NCBI RefSeq assembly: GCF_000012905.2
Contig: NC_007493.2
Coordinates: 1,680,001-1,712,000, forward strand
DNA: 32,000 bases
Source of the DNA: Cereibacter sphaeroides 2.4.1
GTDB lineage: Bacteria > Pseudomonadota > Alphaproteobacteria > Rhodobacterales > Rhodobacteraceae
Reading direction: 5' to 3'
The notes beneath the pieces were generated by a model that was given only the letters and a program-made list of their open reading frames with translations, was not told where the DNA came from and did no database searches. Below, in pieces: positions 24,061-32,000 of the stretch (position 1 is the stretch's first letter; each line of letters opens with the position of its first letter). The translations under genes were made by a program, and so were the position numbers.

Positions 24061-24456
24061 TCAGTCTTTGTTGATCAACAGGTCTTCCATGTTGCCCCCC
24101 GCTTCAAGGTGAGCCTCCACCCACTTCGGTTTTCGTCCGCGTCCCGACCAAGTTTCCGAAGGGTTCTCCGGGTGCCGGTATTTCGGCGCTACAGGCTCGC
24201 GTTCTCCATCCTTGGACTTGCGGTTGTAACTCCGTTTCCCCGTCCCTTCCGACTTCGGCAGCATATCGCCGAAGAGATCCACGAGGTTGAAGCCCGACGA
24301 CTCCACGAGTTCCTTGATCTTGTCCTTAGCAGCTTGCTTTTCGCGAGCTTCATTGGCCCTAAGAGCTTCTTCGACATTCGCCCTCAGTTTGAGCAAATCA
24401 CCGCGCGGAACGTCAACGAGGTCTTCAAGGGTCGGCAGTCCGGTAGTCTTAGCCAT
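24061..24456 (-). CDS. H-NS / HvrA-family nucleoid-associated protein
   Basis: I take the start as the ATG at 24456 (MAKTTGLPTLEDL...), with AGGA upstream. It has an N-terminal coiled coil. The C-terminus carries the signature KYRHPENPSETWSGRGRKPKWVEAHLEAG. Confidence 0.9.
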   Translation of the reverse strand: MAKTTGLPTLEDLVDVPRGDLLKLRANVEEALRANEAREKQAAKDKIKELVESSGFNLVDLFGDMLPKSEGTGKRSYNRKSKDGEREPVAPKYRHPENPSETWSGRGRKPKWVEAHLEAGGNMEDLLINKD

Positions 24457-24510
24457 GGAGAATTCCTTTCCAAATCGCTGAGTCGGATATTGTTTCATTC
24501 GTTCGGAATG

Positions 24511-26259
24511 TCAATCGCTTTCGTATTCGTAGGCCGATCCCTCAACTCGTCTCGTCTTTTCACCCGCATAAACACTCACTCGAATATCATCAGGATTACT
24601 AGGATTCGGGACTACCGTCTGCACCGCACCATTGCGGAAAGTTACGATGAAGTAAGGATCATCCTTCAACCGTGATCCCGCATTCATTGCCGCAATGATC
24701 TTTTCGGCATCAGGATCTCCCGAAGCGCGCACAAGATCAATCGCCGGATCATCTTTGCGGATTTCACCATTCGGATAGACGTCAATGCGCTCAATGATCG
24801 ATTTGATACGATCCGCAAGCCTAATACGATTTTCCCCGCATGGATTTTGGAACGTCGAAATCAGGGATGCTAGTTCCTCGTCGGTCACGTTATCCGACTT
24901 GATCTTCGAAAGAGCATCATTCGATTCCTCGATAGATCGAACAAGATCATCCTTCTCGGCTTTCAATTCCCGAATGCGCTCCATGAAGATTTCCGCAAGA
25001 TCGGGAGCACCTTCGATCTTGATCAGATAATCCCGAATTCTCTCATCTGCCTTTCTAACTTTCTCTTCATTGACCGTTATCCGATCCGCAATCGTCTTTG
25101 CTTCGGACTTGCGCTTTGCACCTTCCAGAAGTCCCCTCAAATCAACATCCCGAACAAATGTCAGGAAGGAGCGTTCGAAGGCAGCGTAAGGGAGAGGTTT
25201 GCAATCGCATCCCGGACCATTAAAGCGGTTGAAGCATGTCAGGTAACGATGCGGAGGATTGCCCTTTACCCGTGATCCTTTCGACCGATGGCGCATCTTT
25301 GATCCGCAATAGCCGCAGAAAGCAACATGGGTGAAGATGTTCGATTGACCCTCTCCCCTTCTTCCCCCGGCAAGCAACCGCCCTCTCAGCGATGCTTGAA
25401 CAATGTCGAAAAGCTCTTCCTCGATTACGGGAGGGAAATATCCCGGAATAGGATCACCAGCCGGTTGACGCTTTCCACTGACATACTGCCCCGGCTGAAA
25501 TTCCCCGAGGACTGCACGATTGCGAAGCGTCTTGGAGACGAAAGCTTCGGCCCACAAAGCGCCCCTTCCGAATGTCGGAACCTTGTCGCGATTCAGTTCT
25601 TTGGTGATGAGGTTCGCACCTTTACCCGATGCCGAAGCTTCGAAGATGCGTTGAACGATTTTGGCCCGTTCCTTATCGATCAGGTAAGACTTGCGATCAA
25701 CGGACAGCTTAAGCCATGCAGGGCATTGACTCGACATTTTGACGCCATGTTCGGCAGCAAGCTTCCGCTTCTGCGACCAGTTGGCGAGACCACGAGTCGA
25801 TTTGATCTTAGACTCGTCATTGGACCGGATCATTACTGAAATGGCGTAGTAAATGCTTCCAACCTGATCTGACGATCCATCGTAAACCTGCCCATCCGAC
25901 AGGGTAACGATCTTCACCCCGGTCTTGAGAATGCGAGCAAACAGGGAAAATGCATCAAGGATCTTGTCTCGACTCAAACGGTCAAGGCTTTCGATGAGAA
26001 GGAACGATCCTGCCTCAATCTCTCCCGCCTCACACTCGGCAACAAATCGTCCGAGAGCCCCGGTAGTCAGGTTGTCCGACTTGAAGGCAGAGACCCCGAG
26101 ATCGGCAAGCTTGTAGTCATCGATAAGGTCAAGATCATGTTCGGCGGCATACTTCGCGGAAGCTTCTGCCTGCCGTCTAAATGAGTCCCCTTTGATCTGG
26201 ATAGCCGAGGACATACGAATGTAGCTGTATGCCTTCGGTCGGCTTGCTGGATTGGTCAT
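24511..26259 (-). CDS. Large serine recombinase (phage integrase)
   Basis: 582 aa. The resolvase-type N-terminus is [12 protein letters not shown]...GDSFRRQ. It also has a recombinase domain, a zinc ribbon (FCGYCGSKM...[15 protein letters not shown]) and a long coiled coil. It is the last gene before the GC shift. Confidence 0.93.
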   Translation of the reverse strand: MTNPASRPKAYSYIRMSSAIQIKGDSFRRQAEASAKYAAEHDLDLIDDYKLADLGVSAFKSDNLTTGALGRFVAECEAGEIEAGSFLLIESLDRLSRDKILDAFSLFARILKTGVKIVTLSDGQVYDGSSDQVGSIYYAISVMIRSNDESKIKSTRGLANWSQKRKLAAEHGVKMSSQCPAWLKLSVDRKSYLIDKERAKIVQRIFEASASGKGANLITKELNRDKVPTFGRGALWAEAFVSKTLRNRAVLGEFQPGQYVSGKRQPAGDPIPGYFPPVIEEELFDIVQASLRGRLLAGGRRGEGQSNIFTHVAFCGYCGSKMRHRSKGSRVKGNPPHRYLTCFNRFNGPGCDCKPLPYAAFERSFLTFVRDVDLRGLLEGAKRKSEAKTIADRITVNEEKVRKADERIRDYLIKIEGAPDLAEIFMERIRELKAEKDDLVRSIEESNDALSKIKSDNVTDEELASLISTFQNPCGENRIRLADRIKSIIERIDVYPNGEIRKDDPAIDLVRASGDPDAEKIIAAMNAGSRLKDDPYFIVTFRNGAVQTVVPNPSNPDDIRVSVYAGEKTRRVEGSAYEYESD

Positions 26260-26289
26260 GGCTCGGCCTCATCGTCTCTGATGGGGTCA

Positions 26290-26315
26290 CAATACCAATC
26301 ATGTTCAAGAAGATG
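26290..26315. other. Approximate prophage-host attachment junction (attL or attR)
   Basis: The loss of pirin similarity and the compositional switch coincide here. The exact crossover dinucleotide cannot be determined without attB/attP. Confidence 0.5.
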
Positions 26316-26467
26316 AAGGGGCCCACCATCTGCCTCCGGGCCGAGGGCAGCGCGCGGCGCACCTCGAAACCGCCGAGATCGCGGGCGCGCGGCACGATGA
26401 CGGTCTCGATGGCGTCGACGGCATCGCCGAGGGGGATGTCGGGGTCGAGGGCGGGGTTCCAGCTCAT
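26306..26467 (-). pseudogene. N-terminal fragment (~54 codons) of a host pirin-family gene, truncated by prophage insertion
   Basis: [53 protein letters not shown] matches the pirin N-terminus as I recall it. Similarity and high GC both end at ~26305, where the frame continues into AT-rich phage DNA ([11 protein letters not shown]...). Confidence 0.75.
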
Positions 26468-26641
26468 GATGTCTCTCCCTTGCTGACCTCACCCTAACCG
26501 TGCGGTGCCGATGCGCACAGCGGCCTCCGCGCGCGGCACTTGTGCACTGAGGCACAGGACGCCGTCCTCGGCCAACTCTTGCCCTTGGCGCAAATCGCGG
26601 CACCCCCTTGCAGAGTCCCCCTCTCCCGCCTATGGGACGCC

Positions 26642-28198
26642 ATGACCCAGCACGACCGTCTCCTCATCATCGATTTCGGGTCGCAGGTGACCCAGCTCAT
26701 CGCGCGCCGCCTGCGCGAGCTGAATGTCTACTGCGAGATCCATCCCTATCAGAACGTGACCGAAGCCTTCCTGAAGGGCTTCGCTCCGAAGGCCGTCATC
26801 TTCTCCGGCGGCCCTTCCTCGGTCTTCGCCGAGGGCGCGCCGATGCCCCCCGCGGGCGTGTTCGACCTCGGCGTGCCGATCCTCGGGATCTGCTACGGCC
26901 AGCAGGTGATGATGCACTGCCTCGGCGGCAAGGTCGAACGCGGCCACGGCACCGCCGAATTCGGCCGCGCCTTCGTGACCCCCACGGCGGAGCGTCTGGC
27001 GATCCTCGACGGCTGGTTCGAGGAGGGCCGCGAGCAGGTCTGGATGAGCCACGGCGACCATGTCTCGCAGATCGCGCCGGGCTTTCAGGTGTTCGGCACC
27101 TCGCCCAACGCGCCCTTCGCCATCACCGGCGATCCCGCGCGCCATTTCTATGCGGTGCAGTTCCACCCCGAGGTGCACCACACGCCGAAGGGCGCGAAGC
27201 TCTACGAGAATTTCGTGCGCCTCGCGGGCTTCAAGGGCGACTGGACGATGGGGGCCTACCGCGAGGAGGCGATCGCCAGGATCCGGGCCCAGGTGGGCGA
27301 CCAGAAGGTGATCTGCGGCCTCTCGGGCGGCGTCGACAGTTCGGTCGCAGCGGTGCTGATCCACGAGGCCATCGGCGATCAGCTGACCTGCGTCTTCGTC
27401 GACCACGGCCTGCTGCGCCTCGGCGAGGCCGAGCAGGTGGTCAAGATGTTCCGCGACCATTACAACATGCCGCTGATCCATGCCGACGAGTCCGATCTCT
27501 TCCTCGGCGCGCTCGAGGGTGTCTCGGACCCGGAAGTGAAGCGCAAGACCATCGGCCGGCTCTTCATCGACGTGTTCCAGAAACATGCGGCCGACGTGGG
27601 CGGCGCCACCTTCCTCGCGCAGGGCACGCTCTATCCAGACGTGATCGAGTCGGTGAGCTTCTCGGGCGGTCCCTCGGTCACGATCAAGTCGCACCACAAT
27701 GTGGGCGGCCTGCCCGAGAAGATGGGTCTGAAGCTGGTCGAGCCGCTGCGCGAACTCTTCAAGGACGAGGTCCGCGCCCTCGGCCGCGAGCTCGGCCTGC
27801 CCGAGAGCTTCATCGGCCGCCATCCCTTCCCCGGCCCCGGCCTCGCGATCCGCTGCCCCGGCGAGATCACCCGCGAGAAGCTCGAGATCCTGCGCCGGGC
27901 CGATGCGGTCTATATCGACCAGATCCGCCGCCACGGGCTCTACGACGAGATCTGGCAGGCCTTCGTGGCGCTCCTGCCGGTGCGCACCGTGGGCGTGATG
28001 GGCGACGGTCGCACCTACGACTATGCCTGCGCGCTCCGCGCCGTGACGAGCGTCGACGGCATGACCGCCGACTACTATCCCTTCACCCACGACTTCCTCG
28101 GCGAGACGGCGACGCGGATCATCAACGAGGTGCAGGGCATCAACCGCGTGACCTACGACATCACCTCGAAGCCGCCGGGCACGATCGAGTGGGAATGA
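26642..28198 (+). CDS. guaA: GMP synthase (glutamine-hydrolysing)
   Basis: 518 aa from the ATG at 26642 ([26 protein letters not shown]...). The GATase domain has GICYGQQ and HPEV. The ATP-PPase P-loop is SGGVDSS. The C-terminus is the canonical PPGTIEWE. Confidence 0.97.
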   Translation: MTQHDRLLIIDFGSQVTQLIARRLRELNVYCEIHPYQNVTEAFLKGFAPKAVIFSGGPSSVFAEGAPMPPAGVFDLGVPILGICYGQQVMMHCLGGKVERGHGTAEFGRAFVTPTAERLAILDGWFEEGREQVWMSHGDHVSQIAPGFQVFGTSPNAPFAITGDPARHFYAVQFHPEVHHTPKGAKLYENFVRLAGFKGDWTMGAYREEAIARIRAQVGDQKVICGLSGGVDSSVAAVLIHEAIGDQLTCVFVDHGLLRLGEAEQVVKMFRDHYNMPLIHADESDLFLGALEGVSDPEVKRKTIGRLFIDVFQKHAADVGGATFLAQGTLYPDVIESVSFSGGPSVTIKSHHNVGGLPEKMGLKLVEPLRELFKDEVRALGRELGLPESFIGRHPFPGPGLAIRCPGEITREKLEILRRADAVYIDQIRRHGLYDEIWQAFVALLPVRTVGVMGDGRTYDYACALRAVTSVDGMTADYYPFTHDFLGETATRIINEVQGINRVTYDITSKPPGTIEWE

Positions 28199-28228
28199 CC
28201 CGGCCTGCGCGCGCCTGAAGACCCCCTG

Positions 28229-28258
28229 CCCGGCTGCGGACGCATATCCGCGGCCGGG
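28229..28258 (+). terminator. GC-rich hairpin downstream of guaA (probable terminator, no T-run)
   Basis: cccggctgcgga-cgcata-tccgcggccggg forms a 12-bp stem with one mismatch, 30 nt after the stop. Confidence 0.45.
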
Positions 28259-28664
28259 AACGCTCCCGTCTTCCGAAGCCCGAGAGACACGGCGGCCCCG
28301 CGCCCCGGCGGCCAGAGATGCGCCTCCCTCCGCCTTGTCACGACCTCCCCGTGAGCCTCAGCCGCGCGGGCAGACATCTCCTGGCCCCCCATCCGATCGT
28401 CCCCGCCCCCGAGCCCGCCCCGAGGCACCCTCCTGCATTCATTCTGGCCCAAATATCCTCGGGGGTGCGGGGGCAGACAGCCCCCGCCCTTTCCGCACGC
28501 GCCGCCGCGCGGCCCTGCCTGCGCCGCCCCCCATTGCCCCCCTGCGACATAGCTCCGGTCCAGGCCCTGCGCCCTTGCGAACGGCTCCCCCGCCTCGCCC
28601 CGGGCCGTCTGGACAATCCGCCGCGCGCGAGCCATGGTGGCCGGCCCTAGAACCGGACCTGCAA

Positions 28665-29552
28665 ATGCCTGCCCAGCAAAGCCTTCTCTCGGCCACCTTC
28701 TGGATGGCCGGCGCCATCGCCTCCTTCTCGGCGATGGCCGTCTCGGGGCGGATGGTCTCGGGGATCCACGACACGTTCGAGATCATGGCCTGGCGCTCGC
28801 TGGTGGGGCTCGCGGTCGTCCTCCTCTGGGCCACCCTTTCCGGGCGGCTGGGCGAGATCCGCACCCGGCATTTCGGGGGCCATCTGGTGCGCAACCTGTC
28901 GCACTTCACCGGGCAGAACCTGTGGTTCTGGGCCCTGGGCCTCATCCCGCTCGCGCAGGTGATCGCGCTCGAATTCACTTCTCCGCTCTGGGTGATCCTG
29001 CTCTCGCCCTTCCTCCTGGGCGAGCGCATCACCTCGCTGCGCGCCCTCTCCACCGTGGTGGGCTTCGCGGGCATCCTGATCGTGGCCCGGCCCGACTTCG
29101 CCGCGCTCGATGTGGGCGTGCTCGCGGCCGCGGGCTCGGCCGTGTTCTTCGCGGGCTCGATCATCCTGACCAAGCGGCTGACGCGCCACGATTCCATCGT
29201 CACCATCATGTTCTGGCTCACGCTGATCCAGGCGGTGTTGGGCCTCCTGTGCACCTTCGCCGACGGCGAGACCACCTGGCCCACGACCGTCTCGGGCTTC
29301 TGGCTCGTGATGATCGGCCTCTCGGGCCTCGCGGCCCACCTCTGCCTCACCCAGGCGCTCGCGCGGGCCTCGGCGGGCTTCGTCGTGACGGTCGACTTCC
29401 TCCGCCTGCCCGTCTTCGCGATCCTCGGCATGATCCTCTTCTCCGAACCGCTCGATGCCATGGTCATCCTCGGGGGCGGCATCATTCTTGCAGCGAACTG
29501 GATCAGCATCCGCGCGGCCGGACGGGCAAGCCGGCCACAGGACGCAAGGTGA
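28665..29552 (+). CDS. DMT-superfamily (EamA-type) transporter
   Basis: 295 aa from the ATG at 28665 (MPAQQSLLSATFWMAGAIASFSAMAVSG...), with about ten hydrophobic segments. The upstream track extension is Pro/Arg-rich and looks like non-coding sequence. Confidence 0.8.
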   Translation: MPAQQSLLSATFWMAGAIASFSAMAVSGRMVSGIHDTFEIMAWRSLVGLAVVLLWATLSGRLGEIRTRHFGGHLVRNLSHFTGQNLWFWALGLIPLAQVIALEFTSPLWVILLSPFLLGERITSLRALSTVVGFAGILIVARPDFAALDVGVLAAAGSAVFFAGSIILTKRLTRHDSIVTIMFWLTLIQAVLGLLCTFADGETTWPTTVSGFWLVMIGLSGLAAHLCLTQALARASAGFVVTVDFLRLPVFAILGMILFSEPLDAMVILGGGIILAANWISIRAAGRASRPQDAR

Positions 29553-29636
29553 CATACGCCTTCCGTGGCGTAATCAATTGACCGAGAGGAGCAGCCCCCA
29601 AATGATGCAGTCTCGTCTGGCTAGGGGAGGATGCCA

Positions 29637-30755
29637 ATGAAAGTCTGGACCATGGCGCTGGGAGGGCTGGCGCTCGGCGCCGGGGCTGCGGCGGCGGGCG
29701 ACATCGAACGGTCGCAGCAGAGCGTGGGCATCCTGTTCGAGGAAGGGCGCTATGCCGAATTCACCTTCGGCGCGGTCAACCCGGACGTGAGCGGTTCGGT
29801 GGGCGGGCTCGGCTCGGGCAACATGGCGGGCAACTTCAACACCTGGTCGCTCGGCTACAAGCAGCCTCTGGGCGCCAACATGGATCTCGCGCTGATCCTC
29901 GACCAGCCGATCGGCGCCGACGTGGACTACCCCGACGAAGGCCTCTACCCGCTGGCGGGCACGACGGCCGAGCTGCGCTCGAACGCGATCACGGCCCTCC
30001 TGCGCTACAAGTTCCAGAACAACGTCTCGCTCTACGGCGGGCTCCGCGCGCAATCGGTCGAGGGCAAGGCCCACATCCTGTTCGACATCTACCAGAGCGG
30101 GACCTTCGTCGCGACGACCGACTACAATCTCGAGACGAACCGGGACTGGTCGCTGGGCTATGTGCTGGGCGTGGCCTGGGAGAAGCCCGAGATCGCCGCC
30201 CGCGTGGCACTGACCTACAACTCGGCCATCGACCATACGCTCGAGGGCGACGAGAGCGGCACCAACGCGGTCTTCGGCAATTTCTCGGGCAAGAGCGACT
30301 TCGACACGACGGTGCCGCAGTCGGTCAACCTCGAGTTCCAGACCGGCATCGCCGAGGACACGCTGCTGTTCGGCTCGGTGCGCTGGGTGGACTGGACCGA
30401 GTTCCTGATCGACCCCGAGATCTACCAGTATTACTTCCCCGGCATCCCTCTGGTGGCCTACGAGTCCGACCGCTGGACCTACACGCTGGGCGTCGGCCGC
30501 CGCTTCAACGAGCACTGGTCGGGCGCCGTCACCGTTTCCTACGAACCCCAGACGGGCGACGACACGGGCAACCTCGGGCCGAACGACGGGTTCCGCTCGA
30601 TCGGGATCGGCGCGACCTACACCCACGAGAACATGAAGATCACCGGCGGCATCCGCTATGTCGAGCTCGGCAATGCGACGACGCGCGGCGTGGGTGCCGA
30701 ATTCGACGACAACAGTGCCGTCGCCGCGGGCATCCGCGTGGGCTTCACCTTCTGA
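29637..30755 (+). CDS. Outer-membrane beta-barrel protein, FadL/OmpP1/TodX-like
   Basis: GGAGG lies 6 nt before the ATG at 29637. The signal peptide is MKVWTMALGGLALGAGAAAA. The sequence has alternating beta-strand patterns and a C-terminal aromatic residue (RVGFTF). Confidence 0.6.
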   Translation: MKVWTMALGGLALGAGAAAAGDIERSQQSVGILFEEGRYAEFTFGAVNPDVSGSVGGLGSGNMAGNFNTWSLGYKQPLGANMDLALILDQPIGADVDYPDEGLYPLAGTTAELRSNAITALLRYKFQNNVSLYGGLRAQSVEGKAHILFDIYQSGTFVATTDYNLETNRDWSLGYVLGVAWEKPEIAARVALTYNSAIDHTLEGDESGTNAVFGNFSGKSDFDTTVPQSVNLEFQTGIAEDTLLFGSVRWVDWTEFLIDPEIYQYYFPGIPLVAYESDRWTYTLGVGRRFNEHWSGAVTVSYEPQTGDDTGNLGPNDGFRSIGIGATYTHENMKITGGIRYVELGNATTRGVGAEFDDNSAVAAGIRVGFTF

Positions 30756-30852
30756 CATCCCTCCCGCCGGGAGGCAGAGCCGGGGCCCCTTCGGGGGCCC
30801 CTTGCGCATGTTCCGGGTCGCGCACAGGCGCGCTTCCTGCCAGAAGCGCGCC

Positions 30853-31773
30853 ATGGCACAGACATCCCTCACTCCCCGCGCCTCGGCCGAGCTGCTGCTG
30901 CTCGGCACTATCTGGGGCGGCTCCTTCCTCGCCAACGGCCTGGCCCTTCCGCAGGCGGGCGTGGCGGGCACGGTCGCCGTCCGGGTGGGAGGCGCGGCCC
31001 TCGTGCTCTGGGTCGCGGTGCGGCTCCTCGGGCTCGCGGTGCCCCGCAGCCTGCGGATCTGGGCCTCCTTCCTCGTGATGGGGCTCCTGAACAACGTGAT
31101 CCCCTTCACGCTCATCACCTGGGGCCAGCAGTCGATCCCCTCGGGGCTCGCCTCGATCCTGAATGCGGCAACGGCGATCTTCGGCGTGCTGGTGGCGTCG
31201 CTGGTGCTGGCCGACGAGCGGCTGACGCCGCGCCGGATCGCGGGCGTCCTGCTGGGCTTCGCGGGTGTCGTGACGACCATCGGCCCCGACGCGCTCACGG
31301 GCTTCGATCCGCGATCGGCGGGGCAGCTCGCGCTTCTGGGGGCCGCCCTGTCCTATGCCTGCGCGGGCGCCTTCGGGCGCAGGGCGCTGGCCGGGCTCGA
31401 TCCGCGCATGGCGGCGGCGGGGATGCTGACGGGCGCGAGCCTCATCGTCCTGCCGGCCGCGCTCCTCCTCGGCGGGCCGCCGCGGCTCGATCTGTCGCTG
31501 CAGGCCTGGGGCGCGCTCTTCTACCTCGCGGTCGTGGCCTCGGCCTTCGCCTATCTGCTCTATTACCGCATCCTGGCCGTGGCAGGTGCCGGCAACCTCA
31601 GCCTCGTCACCCTCATCGTGCCCCCCGTGGCGATCCTCCTCGGGGCGCTGGTTCTTGGCGAGCGGCTGCCACCGCATGCCTTCGCAGGCTTCGGACTTCT
31701 CGTCGCGGGCCTTCTGGTGCTCGACGGTCGCATCCTCCATATTCCGCGTGAACTGGTCCGCCGGGCACGGTAA
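30853..31773 (+). CDS. DMT-superfamily (EamA-type) transporter
   Basis: 306 aa from the ATG at 30853 (MAQTSLTPRASAELLLLGTIWGGSFLANG...), with multiple TM segments. Confidence 0.8.
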   Translation: MAQTSLTPRASAELLLLGTIWGGSFLANGLALPQAGVAGTVAVRVGGAALVLWVAVRLLGLAVPRSLRIWASFLVMGLLNNVIPFTLITWGQQSIPSGLASILNAATAIFGVLVASLVLADERLTPRRIAGVLLGFAGVVTTIGPDALTGFDPRSAGQLALLGAALSYACAGAFGRRALAGLDPRMAAAGMLTGASLIVLPAALLLGGPPRLDLSLQAWGALFYLAVVASAFAYLLYYRILAVAGAGNLSLVTLIVPPVAILLGALVLGERLPPHAFAGFGLLVAGLLVLDGRILHIPRELVRRAR

Positions 31774-31805
31774 CAGGGCCCGATCCGAGGCAGGGGACGC
31801 AAACG

Positions 31806-32000
31806 ATGATCTACAGGACCGGGGCGGAGTGGCGCGCGGCGCAGGCCAAGCGGGTGCTGCTGTTCGGCATGTCGGGCCTGGGCAAGACCCATGTCTCGAC
31901 CCTGCTCCGCGACAGCGGCGACTGGTTCCACTATTCCGTCGATTACCGGATCGGCACCCGCTACATGGGCGAGCATATCGCCGACAACTTCAAGCGCGAG
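31806..32000 (+). CDS. P-loop NTPase, 5' partial (runs off the window)
   Basis: My own translation is MIYRTGAEWRAAQAKRVLLFGMSGLGKTHVSTLLRDSGDWFHYSVDYRIG..., which includes a Walker A GMSGLGKT. There is no stop before position 32000. Confidence 0.55.
   Translation, partial: MIYRTGAEWRAAQAKRVLLFGMSGLGKTHVSTLLRDSGDWFHYSVDYRIGTRYMGEHIADNFKRE

Larger units (their letters stand above)
1..26305. mobile_element. Integrated temperate siphovirus-type prophage. The right end is in the window; the left end lies beyond position 1.
   Basis: There is a contiguous phage morphogenesis module with HNH nucleases and a serine integrase. GC content rises abruptly near 26.3 kb. The host pirin reading frame is broken at ~26305. 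Confidence 0.9.

Noticed and set aside
26540-26641. N-terminal extensions offered by the track for guaA (26540), the first DMT gene (28335), the OMP (29631) and the second DMT gene (30658)
   Set aside because: The extensions are non-conserved-looking Pro/Arg/Ala-rich sequence. Internal ATGs at 26642, 28665, 29637 and 30853 give canonical N-termini: the [15 protein letters not shown] start, signal peptide or TM starts, and GGAGG before 29637.
26260-26641. tRNA or tmRNA gene as the integration target
   Set aside because: No cloverleaf-like sequence or T-loop (GGTTCGAATCC-type) motif occurs near the junction. The interrupted reading frame is a pirin gene, which fits a serine rather than a tyrosine integrase.
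26608-28218. Long alternative-frame and antisense ORFs over guaA (26608..28218 +, 26630..28090 -, 27060..27311 +, 27631..27870 -)
   Set aside because: They are typical stop-codon-poor artefacts of ~68% GC DNA. Their translations are Arg/Pro/Gly/Ala low-complexity sequence. The guaA frame has unambiguous conserved motifs across the whole interval.
28153-31976. Large overlapping ORFs in the host region (28153..28635 -, 28439..29509 -, 28634..29581 +, 28647..29555 -, 29574..31298 -, 30745..31740 -, 31563..31976 -)
   Set aside because: These are the same GC-driven artefact. They run antisense or out of frame to the DMT, OMP and DMT genes, which show proper TM or beta-barrel patterns. Their sequences are dominated by R, G, P, A, E and D.

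Overview
The first ~26.3 kb of the window is the right-hand part of an integrated temperate siphovirus-type prophage. The rest is a high-GC host chromosome, probably alphaproteobacterial and Rhodobacterales-like. Hand counts on sample 60-nt lines gave 40%, 42% and 53% GC in the prophage against 68% in guaA.

Prophage, minus strand, in order of transcription:
- large serine integrase
- H-NS/HvrA-like protein
- an accessory/control region
- three HNH-type nucleases
- TerS, TerL, portal, prohead protease and HK97-type capsid
- connector proteins and tail tube
- tail chaperones with a lambda-like GGGAAAG -1 frameshift
- tape measure, then gpM/L/K/J-like tail tip proteins

The prophage left end lies outside the window. 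The right junction (~26300-26310) falls inside a pirin-family gene, of which only the N-terminal ~54 codons remain next to guaA.

Host genes after the junction are guaA, an EamA/DMT transporter, a FadL-like outer-membrane beta-barrel protein, a second EamA/DMT transporter and a partial P-loop gene.

Most unusual features:
1. A ~1.5 kb ORF-poor block (20553-22097) carries four different repeat architectures: a purine-only tract, 21-bp direct repeats, a ~37-bp-period iteron family with GATC cores and DnaA-box-like 9-mers, and a helically phased GGTGACGA array.
2. Next to it is a three-gene operon: a zinc-ribbon/winged-helix-like protein, an anchorless 101-aa S26 peptidase, and an A-X-A signal-peptide protein.
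3. A self-contained DUF2971-like moron has its own terminator.
4. Two paralogous HNH-AP2 homing endonuclease cassettes sit in the structural module.
5. An AT-rich prophage in a GC-rich host encodes its own H-NS-like protein.
6. A GC-rich IS66-transposase-like remnant lies inside a phage ORF.

All family assignments come from motif recognition by eye and need HMM/BLAST confirmation.
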